A stretch of DNA of 64,000 nt from Callorhinchus milii. Taxonomy: Eukaryota. The stretch's first letter is position 1. The number at the start of each line of letters is the position of its first letter. The stretch is from positions 108,936,001 to 109,000,000 of the forward strand of contig NW_024704742.1 of the NCBI RefSeq assembly GCF_018977255.1, read 5' to 3'. The translations under genes were made by a program, and so were the position numbers. Below are positions 25,896 through 38,830 of the stretch, one piece after another. The notes below the pieces were generated by a model, which was not told where the DNA came from, did not search any database, and saw only the letters and a program-made list of their open reading frames with translations.

Positions 25896-26644
25896 GTACT
25901 GTAATTCAAATGTTGATAGTCAGTGACGGTTCAGTGATTTTAAAAAAACAAACATTTTGTATTTGTAGGCTAATTCTTCCTTGGAGATTATGCTGCCGAA
26001 TGTATTAACCACCATTTATTGAATCAGCATTTATTGATTGTCCAAATAACTCCCAAATTGCATGATCTAATCTGCTGCATCATCAGTGGGGCCTAAGATT
26101 TTGCATTTTGTTTTTCGTCTTATTTCACAGCTTTTATGCAAGAACATATTTAATGTCAGAAGGTCAAAGAACTTTTGCTGTGCAGTGGTGAAGAATCTAT
26201 TTTTTCTTCCATACATACAATACCAATTTGATAACATTTTGGGAAATGCAGAGTTGGATCATTTTACAAGGACTGGTTGCATATCTGTCAAGTCATTCTA
26301 AAATTTCAATTTATGACAATTGGTTATGGGATTAAATATTTTATCCATAGTATAAAGGATTCTGATGGTAATTGATAGTATTTCAAGAAACATATTTTCT
26401 GGTCAATCAGATCATAATTTTAAATGGTTGCATTTTCTACAATTTTACTTCAAATTGTATATAGATGAATGAAGCAACCTCAACAAAATTGCTGTTACAA
26501 AAGCCTTATACTTTGTGTTTTGAAGTGATGTTTAGACCATCAATATCTAAAATTATAATTGCTAGCATGGGGGCCAAGGGTAAAAGTACAGGTAGTAGGT
26601 TAGCACATTCATTTCACATCTGGACCCCTGGAGTTTGAATTCAT

Positions 26645-27080
26645 AACAACAATAACTCGCATTTGCATTTGTATAGCGCCCTTCACGTCGGGTAGTGATC
26701 CCGGAGCACTTGAAAGTGGCGGAGTCTGACAATGAGCAAGGGGGAGAGGGAGTTCATTGTAAGCACGATCAAGAAGGATGTTTTTTAGGTGGAATTTGAA
26801 AGTGGGGAGGGAGGGAACAAGGCGGAGGAATTGAGGGAGAGTTCCAGAGTTTTGTGGCATAGTGGCTGAAGGCACGGCCATCAATGGTGGAGAGGACGAG
26901 GGACAAACAGGAGACCGGAGCCAGCTGAGTGGAGGCAGCGGTGGTGTGGTAAGCAGGTCAGATAGGTAGGGAGGTGCAAGGGCATGAAGGAATTTGAAAA
27001 CGAGTAAGAGGACCTTGAAATTGATCCGTTCGGGAATTAGGAACCAGTGGAGCCTGGAAAGGACTGGTGCGATCACAGAC
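26645..27080 (-). mobile_element. L2 LINE 3' fragment
   Basis: IAPVLSRLHWFLIPERINFKVLLLVFK...APPYLSDL on the minus strand. Confidence 0.9.
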
Positions 27081-27824
27081 TAAAGGAATGAAAATCTCCC
27101 ATCGGTTAGCTGCAAGGGTTCCACTAAAAATTAGTTTACACAGTTTTAATGTATATCTCTGTTAATAAGCAAAGTTATTATAAAATTACCCAGAATTCAA
27201 CTAAAAACACACTACATTAATAATCTGTTCAGAAGCCAGAGGTTGACTGTTGTGGGGGGAAAAAATGGGTTGTGAATTCCCTTTCATACATACGTACTGA
27301 GGTTGGGTTTAAAGCATGCAGTTGTGGTAGAAGCAATGGGAGCTTTCTTCTGGATAGGGTCACATTTTTCCTGGCTTGGATGTGAATGATACTAATAGTG
27401 GGTTCTCACAGTGATAAATTGGTATTTCGACCCTCTCCTACTTCATCATGATCAGTTATTTTGCATGTGTTCCTTTATAGTCATCGAAATTTCAACATAG
27501 GAGAGGATTCCTGCGCTTCGGAAGTCCTCCAAATGTAAAAGCCACTATACGAATGTAATTTTGTGTTGTTGTTGATTCAACCGACCAAGCCCAAACTTTT
27601 GCTACCTCATTCACTGACGATAATTAACGTTAATTCTAAAACAATATAGTTTCTAAGAATATCTGGAAAATTTTTAGAGGCATGTTCAATGAATCTTTCA
27701 GAGTTTTTTATATTTCTCCTGAATTTATTAAAAATGTGAAAGACCTATGCCCTTATATGGAGTTATCATGACTTAGTATTTGCTTTATTGAATGCCGTCT
27801 ATAGCTATTTTGCATTCAAAAGAG

Positions 27825-28360
27825 ACCTTGCCAACTCTCTGCTTGTTGGCCTTCCCGACTCTTTCCTCCACAAGCTGCAGATCATCCAGAACTCTGCAGC
27901 TTGTGTCCTCTTCCTCACCAGGCTCCATCACACTCATCATCGCCTGGCTCCACTGGCTCCCCATCCCTCAGAGGATAGAGTTCAAAATCCTCATCCTCGC
28001 CTTCAAGGCCCTTCACGGCCTTGCCCCTTCCTACCTCTGTGATTTGCTAACCTCTTACCAATCTGGCCACTCCCTCTGCTCAACATGGTCCAGCCTGCTC
28101 CAAATCCCCCGCCCAGCCCGACTCACCATCCGCAGTCGGTCCTTCAGCCTCTCGGCCCCCACCCTTTGGAAATCCATCCTTGCTCCCTCCCTTGCCTCCT
28201 TCAAGGCATGTCTCAAGACCCTCCTCTTCGACTGTGCCTTCAGCCACCCTCCACTTACACCAACCCCCTTCTTCCCCCCCCCACCAGGCTTGTGTCCAAA
28301 TCCCTTACTGTCTAGCACCTTGGGCCGTCCTCCAGGCGTGAAAGGCGCTCTACAAATGTC
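27825..28360 (+). mobile_element. L2 LINE 3' fragment
   Basis: [40 protein letters not shown]2 tail. Confidence 0.92.
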
Positions 28361-29504
28361 ATTTTGTATTGTATTTTAAACTGCGAAATAAAGTATTGGC
28401 TAAAAGATGTAAAAGAAAACAGAAAATCTCTCTCGCACACATTCTGTGCAGGTTGACCTGGAGTGAGTCTGTTTTGTTTCCCTCGCAGTTGAATACATTC
28501 TCTAGACAGATTTTCATTCAAATCTACTCTTTGAGCTTTAACAAAACATTCAAATTTGGAAATCGTCAACCTCATGACCCCTGACTGTCCAGCGCCTTGG
28601 GATGTCCTCCCGAAGTGAGAGGCACTCTATAAATGTCATTTTGTTGTTGTTGTTCAATCACACGCTATTCAATTTGTGGTTATGGGTGGGGAGAGGGAAG
28701 GAAGAGATTTGTTGCTATGAACGCTTGGACGCCACATCGCTATTTGATCTTTCGACATTGCTTTTGACTACAGCAATATTACTGCAAACAAACCGGTCTC
28801 CTTCACACTTCATTGTGAATGGAACTTCAGGGATTGACCCACTGCAATTCCAGTCTGAACGGAGCCAACCAGTATCCCCCTTTGTTCTTTCAGAATTTTT
28901 TTAGAAAATAGTTGGCAAGACAATGTTTATATTGTCACTGAAGTGTTTCTTTATTCAGACGGTAATCACCAGCTGGATTACCAGTAAGGGTAGTTGAGGC
29001 TAGAGCACAAGACCCATAAAAGAAACTGCCTCGTTCTACAATGGAAAGACTATAGAGTTTCAGAGCGTTAATGTGTTTCTTGAGTATGAAGGAAACTACT
29101 GTAAATTCAAAACTATAAACTTAAAAACAAATTACTTTGGAGTTGTATTTAAGTAAAGGTAAGTTTCTTTCAATAGGTGTAAATAAGCCGGAAGCTCTGG
29201 AAGAATAATTTCAAAACTTTTCTCTTCGCCCTCCCCCACCATTCTGTTTAAACTGTAATAATGAAGAGGTTTGTTTTCTATCCTATATAGAACTGCCATT
29301 TATAATTTCAGTTATTACCTAAGACAGGGTGGTCCAACTGGCAGCCCACAGGCTGCATCCAGCCTGGGGGCTAATTTCATCTGCTCGCTCCCTCCCAGCC
29401 TCCATTCTCTCATTGGCATTGGCAGGAGCCAGCAGTTGGGAAGACATGGTTGCCATCCCCTCAGCTCGGGAGGAACTTCCTGACCGACTCCAACAATAGG
29501 TGCT

Positions 29505-30120
29505 AGTAGAGAGAAGATGGTTATGTGCGTGAGGGAGAGAGGGAGGATGGTTGTGTGTGTGAAAGAGAGGGGATGGTTGTATGTGTGAGAGGGAGGATGG
29601 TTTTGTGTGTGTGAGAGAGAGGGTGGTTGTGGGTGAAAGAGTGTGTGAAAGGGTGAGTGTGTGTGTGTGTGTGAGAGAGGGTGAGTGTGTGTGAGAGTGA
29701 GAGGGTGTGTGTGTGAGAGAGAGCGAGAGGGTCACCCTCCAAACCCATGCCCTCCAGTCCTCCTGATCCCAACCATCAGCTCGGGTGCGGAACCCTGACT
29801 GTCCAGCGCCTTGGGACGTCCTCCTGATGTGAAAGGTGCTATACAAATGTAATTTGTTGTTGTGAGTGAGAGAGAGGTGGTGGGTGTGTGCGTGAGAGAG
29901 AGCGCAGTGTGATGGTTGTATGAGAACGAGGGAGGTTGTGTGGGAGAGAGGGTAGTTTTGTGAGCGAGAAAGAGAGAAAGGTGGTTCTGAGAGAGAGAAG
30001 TGTGTTTGTGTGCGAGAGGGGAATTGTGTGTGTGTGTGAGAGAGAGAGAGAGGGTGTGTGTGTGTGTGTGTGTGTGTGTGAGAGGGGGTGAGTGTGTTTG
30101 TGTGTGAGAGAGGATGATTT

Positions 30121-30153
<33 letters not shown>

Positions 30154-30165
30154 AAGAGGATGGTT
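29505..30165. repeat. Compound (GT)n/(GA)n low-complexity repeat with GGATGGTT spacers, interrupted by an L2 tail (29732-29862)
   Basis: Direct reading. Confidence 0.9.
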
Positions 30166-30179
30166 TCACTCTCTGACAC

Positions 30180-30478
30180 TTTCCTACCTCTCCGACCTCC
30201 TCACTCCCCAATCCACCACCCGGCGCCTCTACTCGACTGGCACAGGCCTCCTGCTCATCCCTTGCACCCTCTGCCCCACCTTCGGAGGTCGCACTTTCAG
30301 CCATTACGCCCTGAAACTCTCAAACCCTCAATCCCTCCGTCTTGCCCCTCTCTCCCCTTTTTCAAGTCCCATCTGAAAACCTTCTTCGACAGTGCTTACG
30401 GCCATCAACCATCCCCCCACTCCCCCCAGCTCAGAGTCAGGCTCCGTCACTGTTAAGCTCTCTGAGACGCTACCCCAC
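30180..30478 (+). mobile_element. L2 LINE 3' fragment (second L2 family)
   Basis: Homologous to 59333-59680 and 63350-63690. Confidence 0.85.
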
Positions 30479-30511
30479 GTGTATGCGTGTGCATGTATAT
30501 GTGTGAGAGGG

Positions 30512-30900
30512 TGCGTGTGTGAGTGGGGGCGCGCGCGCGTGTGTGAGTGGGGGCGCGCGCGTGTGTGAGTGGGGGCGCGCGCGTTTGTGTGAGTGGGGGC
30601 GCGCGCGCGTGTGTGAGTGGGGGCGCGCGCGCGTGTGTGAGTGGGGGCGCGCGCGCGTGTGTGAGTGGGGGCGCGCGCGCGTGTGTGAGTGGGTCCGCGT
30701 GTGTGAGTGGGGGCGCGCGCGCGTGTGTGAGTGGGGGCGCGCGCGTGTGTGAGTGGGGGCGCGCGCGTGTGTGAGTGGGGGCGCGCGCGTGTGTGAGTGG
30801 GGGCGCGCGCGTGTGTGAGTGGGGGCGCGAGTGGGGGCGCGCGCGAGTGGGGGCGCGTGCGCGTGAGAAAGTGGGGGCGCGCGCGTGTGAGAAAGTGGGT
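30512..30900. repeat. Minisatellite (GTGTGTGAGTGGGGGCGCGCGC), about 18 units of mostly 20-24 bp
   Basis: Direct reading; G5 tract plus (GC)n(GT)n in most units. Confidence 0.95.
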
Positions 30901-31097
30901 GATTGTGTGTGTGTGAGTTTGTGCATGCGATGGGGGCTGGGGACTGAGCGATGTGCTGTGCAATTTCGTCATAGCCAGTTCCCAATTTCCCCAGTGAGAA
31001 TATCCTCTGCAGCCCCCCCACCCCACCACCTCTGCAATTTGCTGATCCAGTCATTCCCTTTGCCCAGCAAACACCAGCTTGCTTCATGTCCTGGAGT

Positions 31098-31411
31098 GCA
31101 GTCCTGTAGCTCAGTGGTTAGAGCACTCGCTTTGCAAGCGAGAGACCTGAGTTCAATTCCAGGCAGAGGGCGAAACCTTGGGCAAGTTTCCTTACTCCAC
31201 ACACCTAATAATAATCCCTCCAAAACCAAAAACAATAATAAATTGGTCATTTTCAATCTACGACTGTTTGTGGGACATTGCTGTACGCAATTGGCTGCCG
31301 CGTTCGCCCACAAATATACAGTCAATTCACTTTACAGTGTGATCTGTGAAGCACTTTGGGACGTCCTCCTGACGTGAAAAGCGCTATATCAAATGCAAGG
31401 ATTATTATTAT
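31098..31411 (+). mobile_element. tRNA-Ala-derived SINE, young copy, inserted in a decayed L2 fragment
   Basis: Near-identical to 6953-7278; ATGTCC on both sides. Confidence 0.94.
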
Positions 31412-32074
31412 ATGTCCCCCCACCCTATCCGCCTCACCATTTTGTCTCCACTCTCTGGAGCTCCATTTCCGGAATCCCTCCGACATACTCACTCTCCTCT
31501 TTCAAGACACGTCGCAGCTCTTTGACTGTACTTTTATCATCTTGTCCCCTCCCAACCACACCTTCCTTAGCTCCCACCCCCAGCTTGGGTGCCCAGCTAG
31601 CATTATCAAGGGTTTATAGACATCCTTTGATGAGAAAAAGGAGCTGCATATGTTATGTATCTGGAAGGGAGATACAAAAATATTGCTTATGCAGCCCTCA
31701 GATGTTCCTCAAATCCGTCATCCGGCCCTCAGCAACCAAAAGGTTGGATCACCCTGACCTTAGCTGTTCCCATGTCTGGTTTCAACAGTGCAGCCTAGAA
31801 CAGCTGCATTCACTAATACTGAAATCAGTGCTTTGGCAACCTGGAGTGCAGTCGTATGACATTTGATTGAAAACTTGAACTCTTGAGATGTTGAGTTCCA
31901 AATCGTTGTTCTGGGCCTGAATTTTTATATTGAAGCTCCATTCCAGAATTGTATCTGGGTTCCATTATTCTTTGTGTGCCGAAGATCAGTAAGTTTAGCC
32001 ATCAAGTTTTGTGATGCATGGGTATGGTATAGATGCAGAAATCAAGTTCACTGGAAGTGCAAAAGGAGAACAAG

Positions 32075-32365
32075 AACATAAGAATTTGCTAGGCAAAAGA
32101 GACCAAGGTCCATCTACTTCGCCTTCCACCATCCTGGTAGTTGCTTGACATGTCTTGTCCCAAACTATGCACTGTATCCCAAGATATTATTTTCTAGCAG
32201 AAATCTATCTAATTTGTTCTTGAAACAAACATCATTTTCTGCTTCCACTGTCTCCCTAGAGAGCCAATTCCATAAGTTTATAACTCGCTCACTGAAATAG
32301 TGTTTCCATAGATTTGTTCTGAATTTAACCCCCTTCAATCATAGGCCGTGTCCTCTGGTTCTACT
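32075..32365 (-). mobile_element. Old CR1 3' fragment
   Basis: aagaacataagaa tail signature and tgtcctctggttcta (RTRGH on the minus strand). Confidence 0.7.
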
Positions 32366-33262
32366 GTTCAGCAACAGACATTGTTATGTTATTAAAAAAT
32401 GAACTTGCAAAAAGAGCAGAAACAGCCGGGGGGAGGGGGGAATCTAGTTTGAGCTAGATTAGAGATTTTACACTTTTAGAGATTTTGATTTTAAAGTAAG
32501 AATTTTAAGGAAACCAAAGTCTTAACTTGATGTAAATGAACATACGAGTAAATAATTTTAAATTTGAAAATATTTTAGAACATATCAATGTGGAGAATAT
32601 TTAATCACGTGACCAGAGAGTCAAATCAGAGGAAAACGCACATAAGAATCTTAAAAACATATTATTGCTGAAAAGCCCCAAGAGGCCAATATATTAAAAT
32701 ATAATAAGGGAAAAAGGACTAGGCATGGAAAACACATAAGTATTATATGTTATGGTCTCTTTGAACAGGTAATTTATAACTCAGATTTTGTTTTGAATTT
32801 CTTACTCATTAAGTAAATAACAGTTGGAATAGTTAACCAGTTAAAAATAGATTTTATAATCAAATTGGGGAGCTAAATGGCTAAACAATAAAATATGCAA
32901 AAATAACTTTCAAATACTTAAACTGCCAACTCTTGAAAGCTTTCTCCTCCCTGAAGTAGATTATAATGCATTCTATTATATAAACTCTATAATGTGGTAT
33001 TCCTGCAGGCATAATACATTCTCATTGGGTGGGAAGGTGTTCTAATTTATAACTGGTTTTGAAATTTAACTTATTTGTATAAATTGTAATAATGCACATT
33101 TAAATAGCCACATCTTAAAAATAATAAATCAGAAGTCACATATTTAAACAAAGCAGCCTATTCAAATCAAGCTTAACATTGATATCTATAGATATTGGAA
33201 CTTTGACATTTACTGCATATTTTATTCTGCTTAACCAATGCATCCAAACTATATTTTCCTAG

Positions 33263-33426
33263 TAATGGAGTTGCAGAACTGGACTGCTTTGGAAGCATAC
33301 AGGATAAAGTTACAATATGTGCAACCAGCGATTCCTATCAAGTTACCAGGGAACGGATGACTCAAGCAGAGGAGGAAACTCGTAGTCGAAGTACCAAAGT
33401 TATTAAACCAGGTGGACGTTATGTAG
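33263..33426 (+). CDS. ELL2: ELL2 coding exon 4 (164 nt)
   Basis: ttcctag|T...GTAG|gtaagg; [54 protein letters not shown]; phase 2/1 fits the neighbouring exons. Confidence 0.96.
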
Positions 33427-34529
33427 GTAAGGGCTAGTGTCTGCTTTTTGTGTTTTTAAAGTTTTCATAATTTAGTAAGGTAGATTACAGGAAAATCACC
33501 TGGAATGTTTGCCACAATAGTGACAACCTAGACTTATCTTATTAGTTTTGTATTACTTATTTTATTGAGCTACAGTGCTCTGCTGATTTGAGATAAAACA
33601 AAGCATAATAGGTCCAACTCACATTTGTTGCTGAAAACTGTTGCAAGAAAAAATCTAATATTTTGATGTGCTTACTGCTTGCCTTTGCTCCACAAGGGTT
33701 TCATGCTGATGATACTTCATTCATTCAATTGATGTTTCCACAATTAATTCTCCTTTAGAAATCAAATGGATTGCATTATTTTGGAAGTGAAGTCTAAACT
33801 TTAAAATCCGAATGTTAGTCATTCCAAATTTAAAATCACTCTTAAGTTAGCAAGTGTTAAAAGCCTTATTTTAGCAAGTACTACCTTTATGATGATTAAT
33901 CTGCTGCATTTCTTAAATCATTCTTCCTCTGAGATGGATTGTTCTGGTTTGATAAAAAGTTAGTGACTCTTTACAATACACTAATTGGTGCATATGTGCC
34001 CCCATCTAAATTGAAGCGGGCTGGATGACTGATGAATGAGACTAAAGTATTGTTTTCAGTTATATAATTATTAGTATTGTTACCGGTTTCTACTGTTTTA
34101 CCCATCACTGGGCTATTTATGCAGGTCTACGTGACAGATTGCTTTGTACCTTAACCTATTAAGACATTCTTGTGTGGGTTCAAATGTAGTCAGTTTAAAA
34201 AGTTGATGCCTATTATCTAAATGTAATTTGCTCACGCACTATTATAGCTTTTTCTGCAGCAGTCAGTTATTGATGTCTAGAACTTTTGTTCATGCTTTCT
34301 CTTACTATTGCCAAATTCTTTTTGTGGAAGCTTTAAATTTTGACCTATGGAGGTTAGCTTTGCAAACTTTATTTAGAATTTATCCTGAACAGGGACTGTA
34401 TCATTTTGCTAAGTATTGTAATAATTATTTGTTTTAAAAATACAGGCTGTTTTCCACAATTGACTTCACTAATGTAGCTTACTTTATAAATCTGTTATAT
34501 ATTCATATTTGCTCCAGAGTATGCTCTCT

Positions 34530-34775
34530 CCAAGCTGAATTGAAAGAACTGAACCTCATAGAATAAAAGGGTCCAAGATCATTCCATTCTCTATGCTGAT
34601 TTAGCTGATCTGAATCAGATGGAAGTGTTGCACTGCAATTGTTCTCAGCAGTGCTGGGATGGGGAGGAGTAAATCTGATGAGCTTCCCAGAAAATTCGGT
34701 CATGCTTGGACATTTGGGAAGGACACAAATAAGCTCAGTTTTCAAATAGCTCGGACATGAAGAATGGCAATTTGT
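34530..34775 (+). repeat. Ancient SINE-like repeat (related pieces on minus strand at ~35970-36127/36488-36570, ~41950-42120, ~60780-61125)
   Basis: gctga(g/t)ttagctgatct motif shared with 61040-61060; catgaagaatggc, ttccagcag and tgaggcc motifs shared among copies. Confidence 0.55.
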
Positions 34776-36127
34776 TTCTAGAAACCATTAAAAGCATATC
34801 TCTGGGAAAAATGTTTCGAAAATCCAAGCTAATGGAATTTCTGCCTTTTAATACTCTATATATTCACAGCAGAAAACCGGGTGCTAAGATTGCTTTTTCA
34901 TTCATTTTGAAAAAACATTTTTTTTTGTTGAAGCAAATATGTTGATTGTAGTGTATTCTAAATATACACTTTCTGTGACCATTTCTAACTTGTAATTTTA
35001 CTGAAAATTTACTGTAGTATTAAATTTGAAAACTCTCCTTCATAATTGTCTAACATTTAGTTTAGTATTGGGCACTTTCTTAAATGTGCAGTTTTGTTTA
35101 CAAATCTTTTTTTTAAATTGTGTTCTTCACAATTCTGATCTTGTAAATCAATAGCATTGGAACATTACTTGTTAAAACTAGTTACATAAAATATAATTAT
35201 GGTGGGAATTGCTTTTAATAAAACCGTTTTGTAGTTCTACACAGCATCACCTAGAGCTATATCTGCGTGAATAGCTGTTGAGGTTTATACACTAAATATC
35301 TGGCTTTGTTCGGTAAAGTGGTTTCATTCTTTTACTGTATTTCACAGGTTGACAAGACTAGAAAAAATGCTAGCCTATTCTGACGGGAATACCATTTATA
35401 AGTATAATTTTATAAGTGTAATTCACAAAGCGCTAATTCCACTTATTTCAGAAATCCTACATTGATTTAAACATGAAATGTTTAAAATATTTTGAGGATT
35501 GTTCATAATCCTGGCTGTCCTCATAATATGCAAATTCTGACTGCATTATCTGTAGAAGATTTTCTGAGTAAACAGCAGCAACAAAATTATATTTGTATAG
35601 CTCCTTTCACATCGGGAGGACGTCCCAAGGCGCTAAAATAGCTCCCAAACCTGAAAAATGCTATCTCTCAACCAGAACAAGTTGAACAGGTTCTTTTTAC
35701 CTAGATATAATATCAGTACATCTGCATTGGTGCTTTAGTGCCCTTTATGTACTTTGTTCAAGGGCATCAAGATGTTCATGAAATGTGCTATATAAATTCA
35801 AATTGTTATTGTTGGGAGTACAGGCTTTTAGTGCTGCATTAACCCAAGAAGCTGTGTGTTATACCATAAAATAATTATTCCTTGCTGCCCAATTCTCAAC
35901 CCTCCCACCCCCCCCCACCCCCACCCCCCACTTTAAATTTTTTCTCTTGGTTTCTTTTCTTTCCACTCCAAAATATAGTGACTCATGTTGGGGTATGATT
36001 TAACTGTAGGATTCCCTGCACTTTGCCCATGTAAATTTGGGAAGTGAGTGCTGTTCAGCTGTGAAGGGCATCAAGCCCAATCCTGTCTCCATGTGTACTT
36101 CCAGCAGGAGCTGTTCTAGATACAATC

Positions 36128-36461
36128 AATAATAATAATAATAATAATAATAATAATCCTTGCATTTGATATAGCGCTTTTCACGTCAGGAGGACGTCCC
36201 AAAGCGCTTCACAGAACACACTGTAAAGTGAATTGACTGTATATTTGTGGGCGAACGCGGCAGCCAATTGCGCACAGCAATGTCCCACAAACAGTCGTAG
36301 ATTGAAAATGACCAATTTAATTATTGTTTTGGGTTTTTTGGAGGGATTATTATTAGGCGTGTGGAGTAAGGAAACTTGCCCAAGGTTTCGCCCTGCCTGG
36401 AATTGAACTCAGGTCTCTCACTTGCAAAGCAAGTGCTCTAACCACTGAGCTACAGGACTCC
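36128..36461 (-). mobile_element. tRNA-Ala-derived SINE, young copy with 5' fold-back
   Basis: Long (AAT)n tail; near-identical to the + copies; followed by an inverted copy of its own first ~21 nt. Confidence 0.95.
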
Positions 36462-37708
36462 ACAAAGTGGAGTCCTGTAGCTCAGTGCAACAACCTTGGC
36501 AGATTTTCTTCCTCCTAGCCTTGGGGATATTGAGGCCAAATATAGCGATTGCAGTTAGACCAGGTATTGTACTTAGCACTTTTTTGGTTTCTATGGAATA
36601 AGACACATGGTGCATTTAATCATTCCTCAACACACACAGATTTATAAAAGTGAATGGTTGCCTTTGCCTAGTAATGTCTTCCAAAGGAAACTTGATGAAT
36701 AAATGAGATAAGAGAGGGTAGCAGCTGATGTGGAGTATGAACATCGGCACAGACGAGTTGGGCTGAATTGCATGTTTCAGTGCTAATATCAATCTAATAT
36801 AATTCTATATAAAGCTTACTTTGATTGTCTTGCAAAAGTAAATTTCAAATTGATTTTCTATTGATAGTCATAGGACATTTATCCTTTCTCATGCTTCCAC
36901 GAGTGTTGTGAGAACTCAAATCCGGTGCCCAGTGTAAATGTGAATACAGCTAAGCCCATTTCTGTCTGCATAAATTTGTAACAGCTCACCTACTAGCAAA
37001 TGGGAAGAGGAGCCATGAAACATGTTTTTCTATGCTCAATTTCAAAGCTTTACTGACCAAAACATTGATTCCTTAATGTTTTCTATCAAAATTGCGGCTT
37101 ACGCGGGTGATTTTCTTGTAACTTTTGATTGTTACTGAAGACCATTCTGGCTGTTTGATCCACACTTGAGTACTGAACAATTAAAAAATGATAATACGAT
37201 ACTTGTTCCTAATTCGGGGTCTACCTTAGACTGGACTACAGATAGTTAGAAATTTATAAAGAAATAATTTCAGCACATAACTCGGTCGTTGTCCTCTAGC
37301 TCTCCACTAATGTTGTGTGCTCTAATTCCATTTCCCTATTTGTTTCAAATAAATAAATAATTTTATATCTTTATTCTTCTAAGCACTGGATCTGTCAAAT
37401 TCCCTTTTAAATACCAACAAAGATTACAAAGAACAAAAACAGGCCACTTAGCCCAACCAGTCCGTGCCTGTGTTTATACTGTACACAAGTCTTCACCCAT
37501 TCCTTACTCCCTCCTATACCTTTCTGTTCCTCCATCCCTAATATGAAGGTATAATTTCCTTTTGAATGCATCTATACTAATTGATTCAACCACCGCTTCA
37601 GGCAGTGATTCCACAATCTCACTACCCACTGCCAAAAGTAGTTCCTCCTAATTTAACTTTTAGATCCCTTAATCTCTTTCTAATATATTCTGATTGACTT
37701 GGCTTCAA

Positions 37709-37980
37709 TAGCTCAGTGGTTAGAGCACTCGCTTTGCAAGTGAGAGACCTGAGTTCAATTCCAGGCAGCGCGAAACCTTGGGCAAGTTTACTTACTCCAC
37801 ACGCCTAATAATAATCCCTCCAAAAACCAAAAACAATAATAAATTGGTCATTTTCAATGGCTGCCGCGTTCGCCCACAAATATACAGTCAATTCACTTTA
37901 CAGTGTATTCTGTGAAGTGCTTTGGGACGTCCTCCCGACGTGAAAAGCGCTATATCAAATTCAAGGATTATTATTATTAT
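37709..37980 (+). mobile_element. tRNA-Ala-derived SINE, slightly 5'-truncated, internal deletion
   Basis: tagctcagtggttagagc head; deletion joining ttttcaat to ggctgcc (CAAT microhomology). Confidence 0.92.
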
Positions 37981-38264
37981 AGCCAACTGTGTTAGTGCCC
38001 ATGACTCTATGCAAAAATATTCTTCTAACCTCCCTCTTTATATTTGAATTTATTGCCGAATTCACCAATCACTGGAAATGATCTTTCACCATTTAATCTC
38101 TTGCTGTTTCATAATTTTGAACATTTCTGTTAGAATCCTTCCTAATCTCTGATCCAAAGAACCCAACCATAGTCCTTTAATACTTTCATCAGAGTACTAT
38201 AGAATTCCTTGGTCAATTTACGCAACCTGTTTGCTGAGGTAGTCTTAAGTTGAAAATGTATTTA

Positions 38265-38830
38265 TTTTTGGTCAGCCAGGTTTTTAACACATGTGGAAAC
38301 CCATCAACATACTTAAGAGCAGCCAAACCAAACATAGTTCCATGCATGCCGCCTACACATGGAAATTCCCACATGTCTGGAATGGAATGCACACCTCTCC
38401 CTGGAGGGATACATCTTGTTTACCTAATTCCAGAGAATATTAATTGCCAGAATGGCAAGAGATAAAGACTTCAGGACCCCAGGTTGTGTATTGTGAGTAC
38501 TCAGGAGGTTAACCAGCTAAAACTGCAGATCATACCATTGAAAGTACTGTATGGTAAACCACCTGCTTTTAGTCCAGCTCGTGCCACCTTACCCATTAGA
38601 GCTTTGGTTTGCAAGGTTATCAGAAGCTAAGTGGAAAGAATTCCTGCCCAGTCTGCCCTTCCAAGTGGGATTGATGAGCCAGGGTGGCTGGTCTGTCAAC
38701 AGCAGTGCCCTGGAGTATTGCAGGTCTGTCTAGTTCAGGAACCGGACTACCAAGATTACCACAGACAATTGACTTGATTCCAACAATCCAATATCAAGCA
38801 TGTCATCTTAGAGCCATAAGGTGGATTTCC
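38265..38830 (-). repeat. Unclassified interspersed repeat, copy D
   Basis: tttttggtca...ctctccctggagggat...tacctaattccaga...aaccagctaaaactg...cagcagtgccctggagta shared with copy A. Confidence 0.8.

Larger units (their letters stand above)
29325..31756. mobile_element. Non-autonomous hAT (Charlie-like) DNA transposon with nested repeats
   Basis: TIRs CAGGGTGGTCCAAC (29325) / GTTGGATCACCCTG (ends 31756), 13/14 match; 8-bp flanks ACCTAAGA / ACCTTAGC (6/8). Confidence 0.75.

Noticed and set aside
30512..30900. CRISPR-like array
   Set aside because: No unique spacers; a simple tandem minisatellite in a eukaryotic intron
29319..31087. Long His/Thr/Arg/Ala-rich ORFs on the minus strand
   Set aside because: Translations of (CA)n/(CT)n and the GC minisatellite; stop-free only because of low complexity
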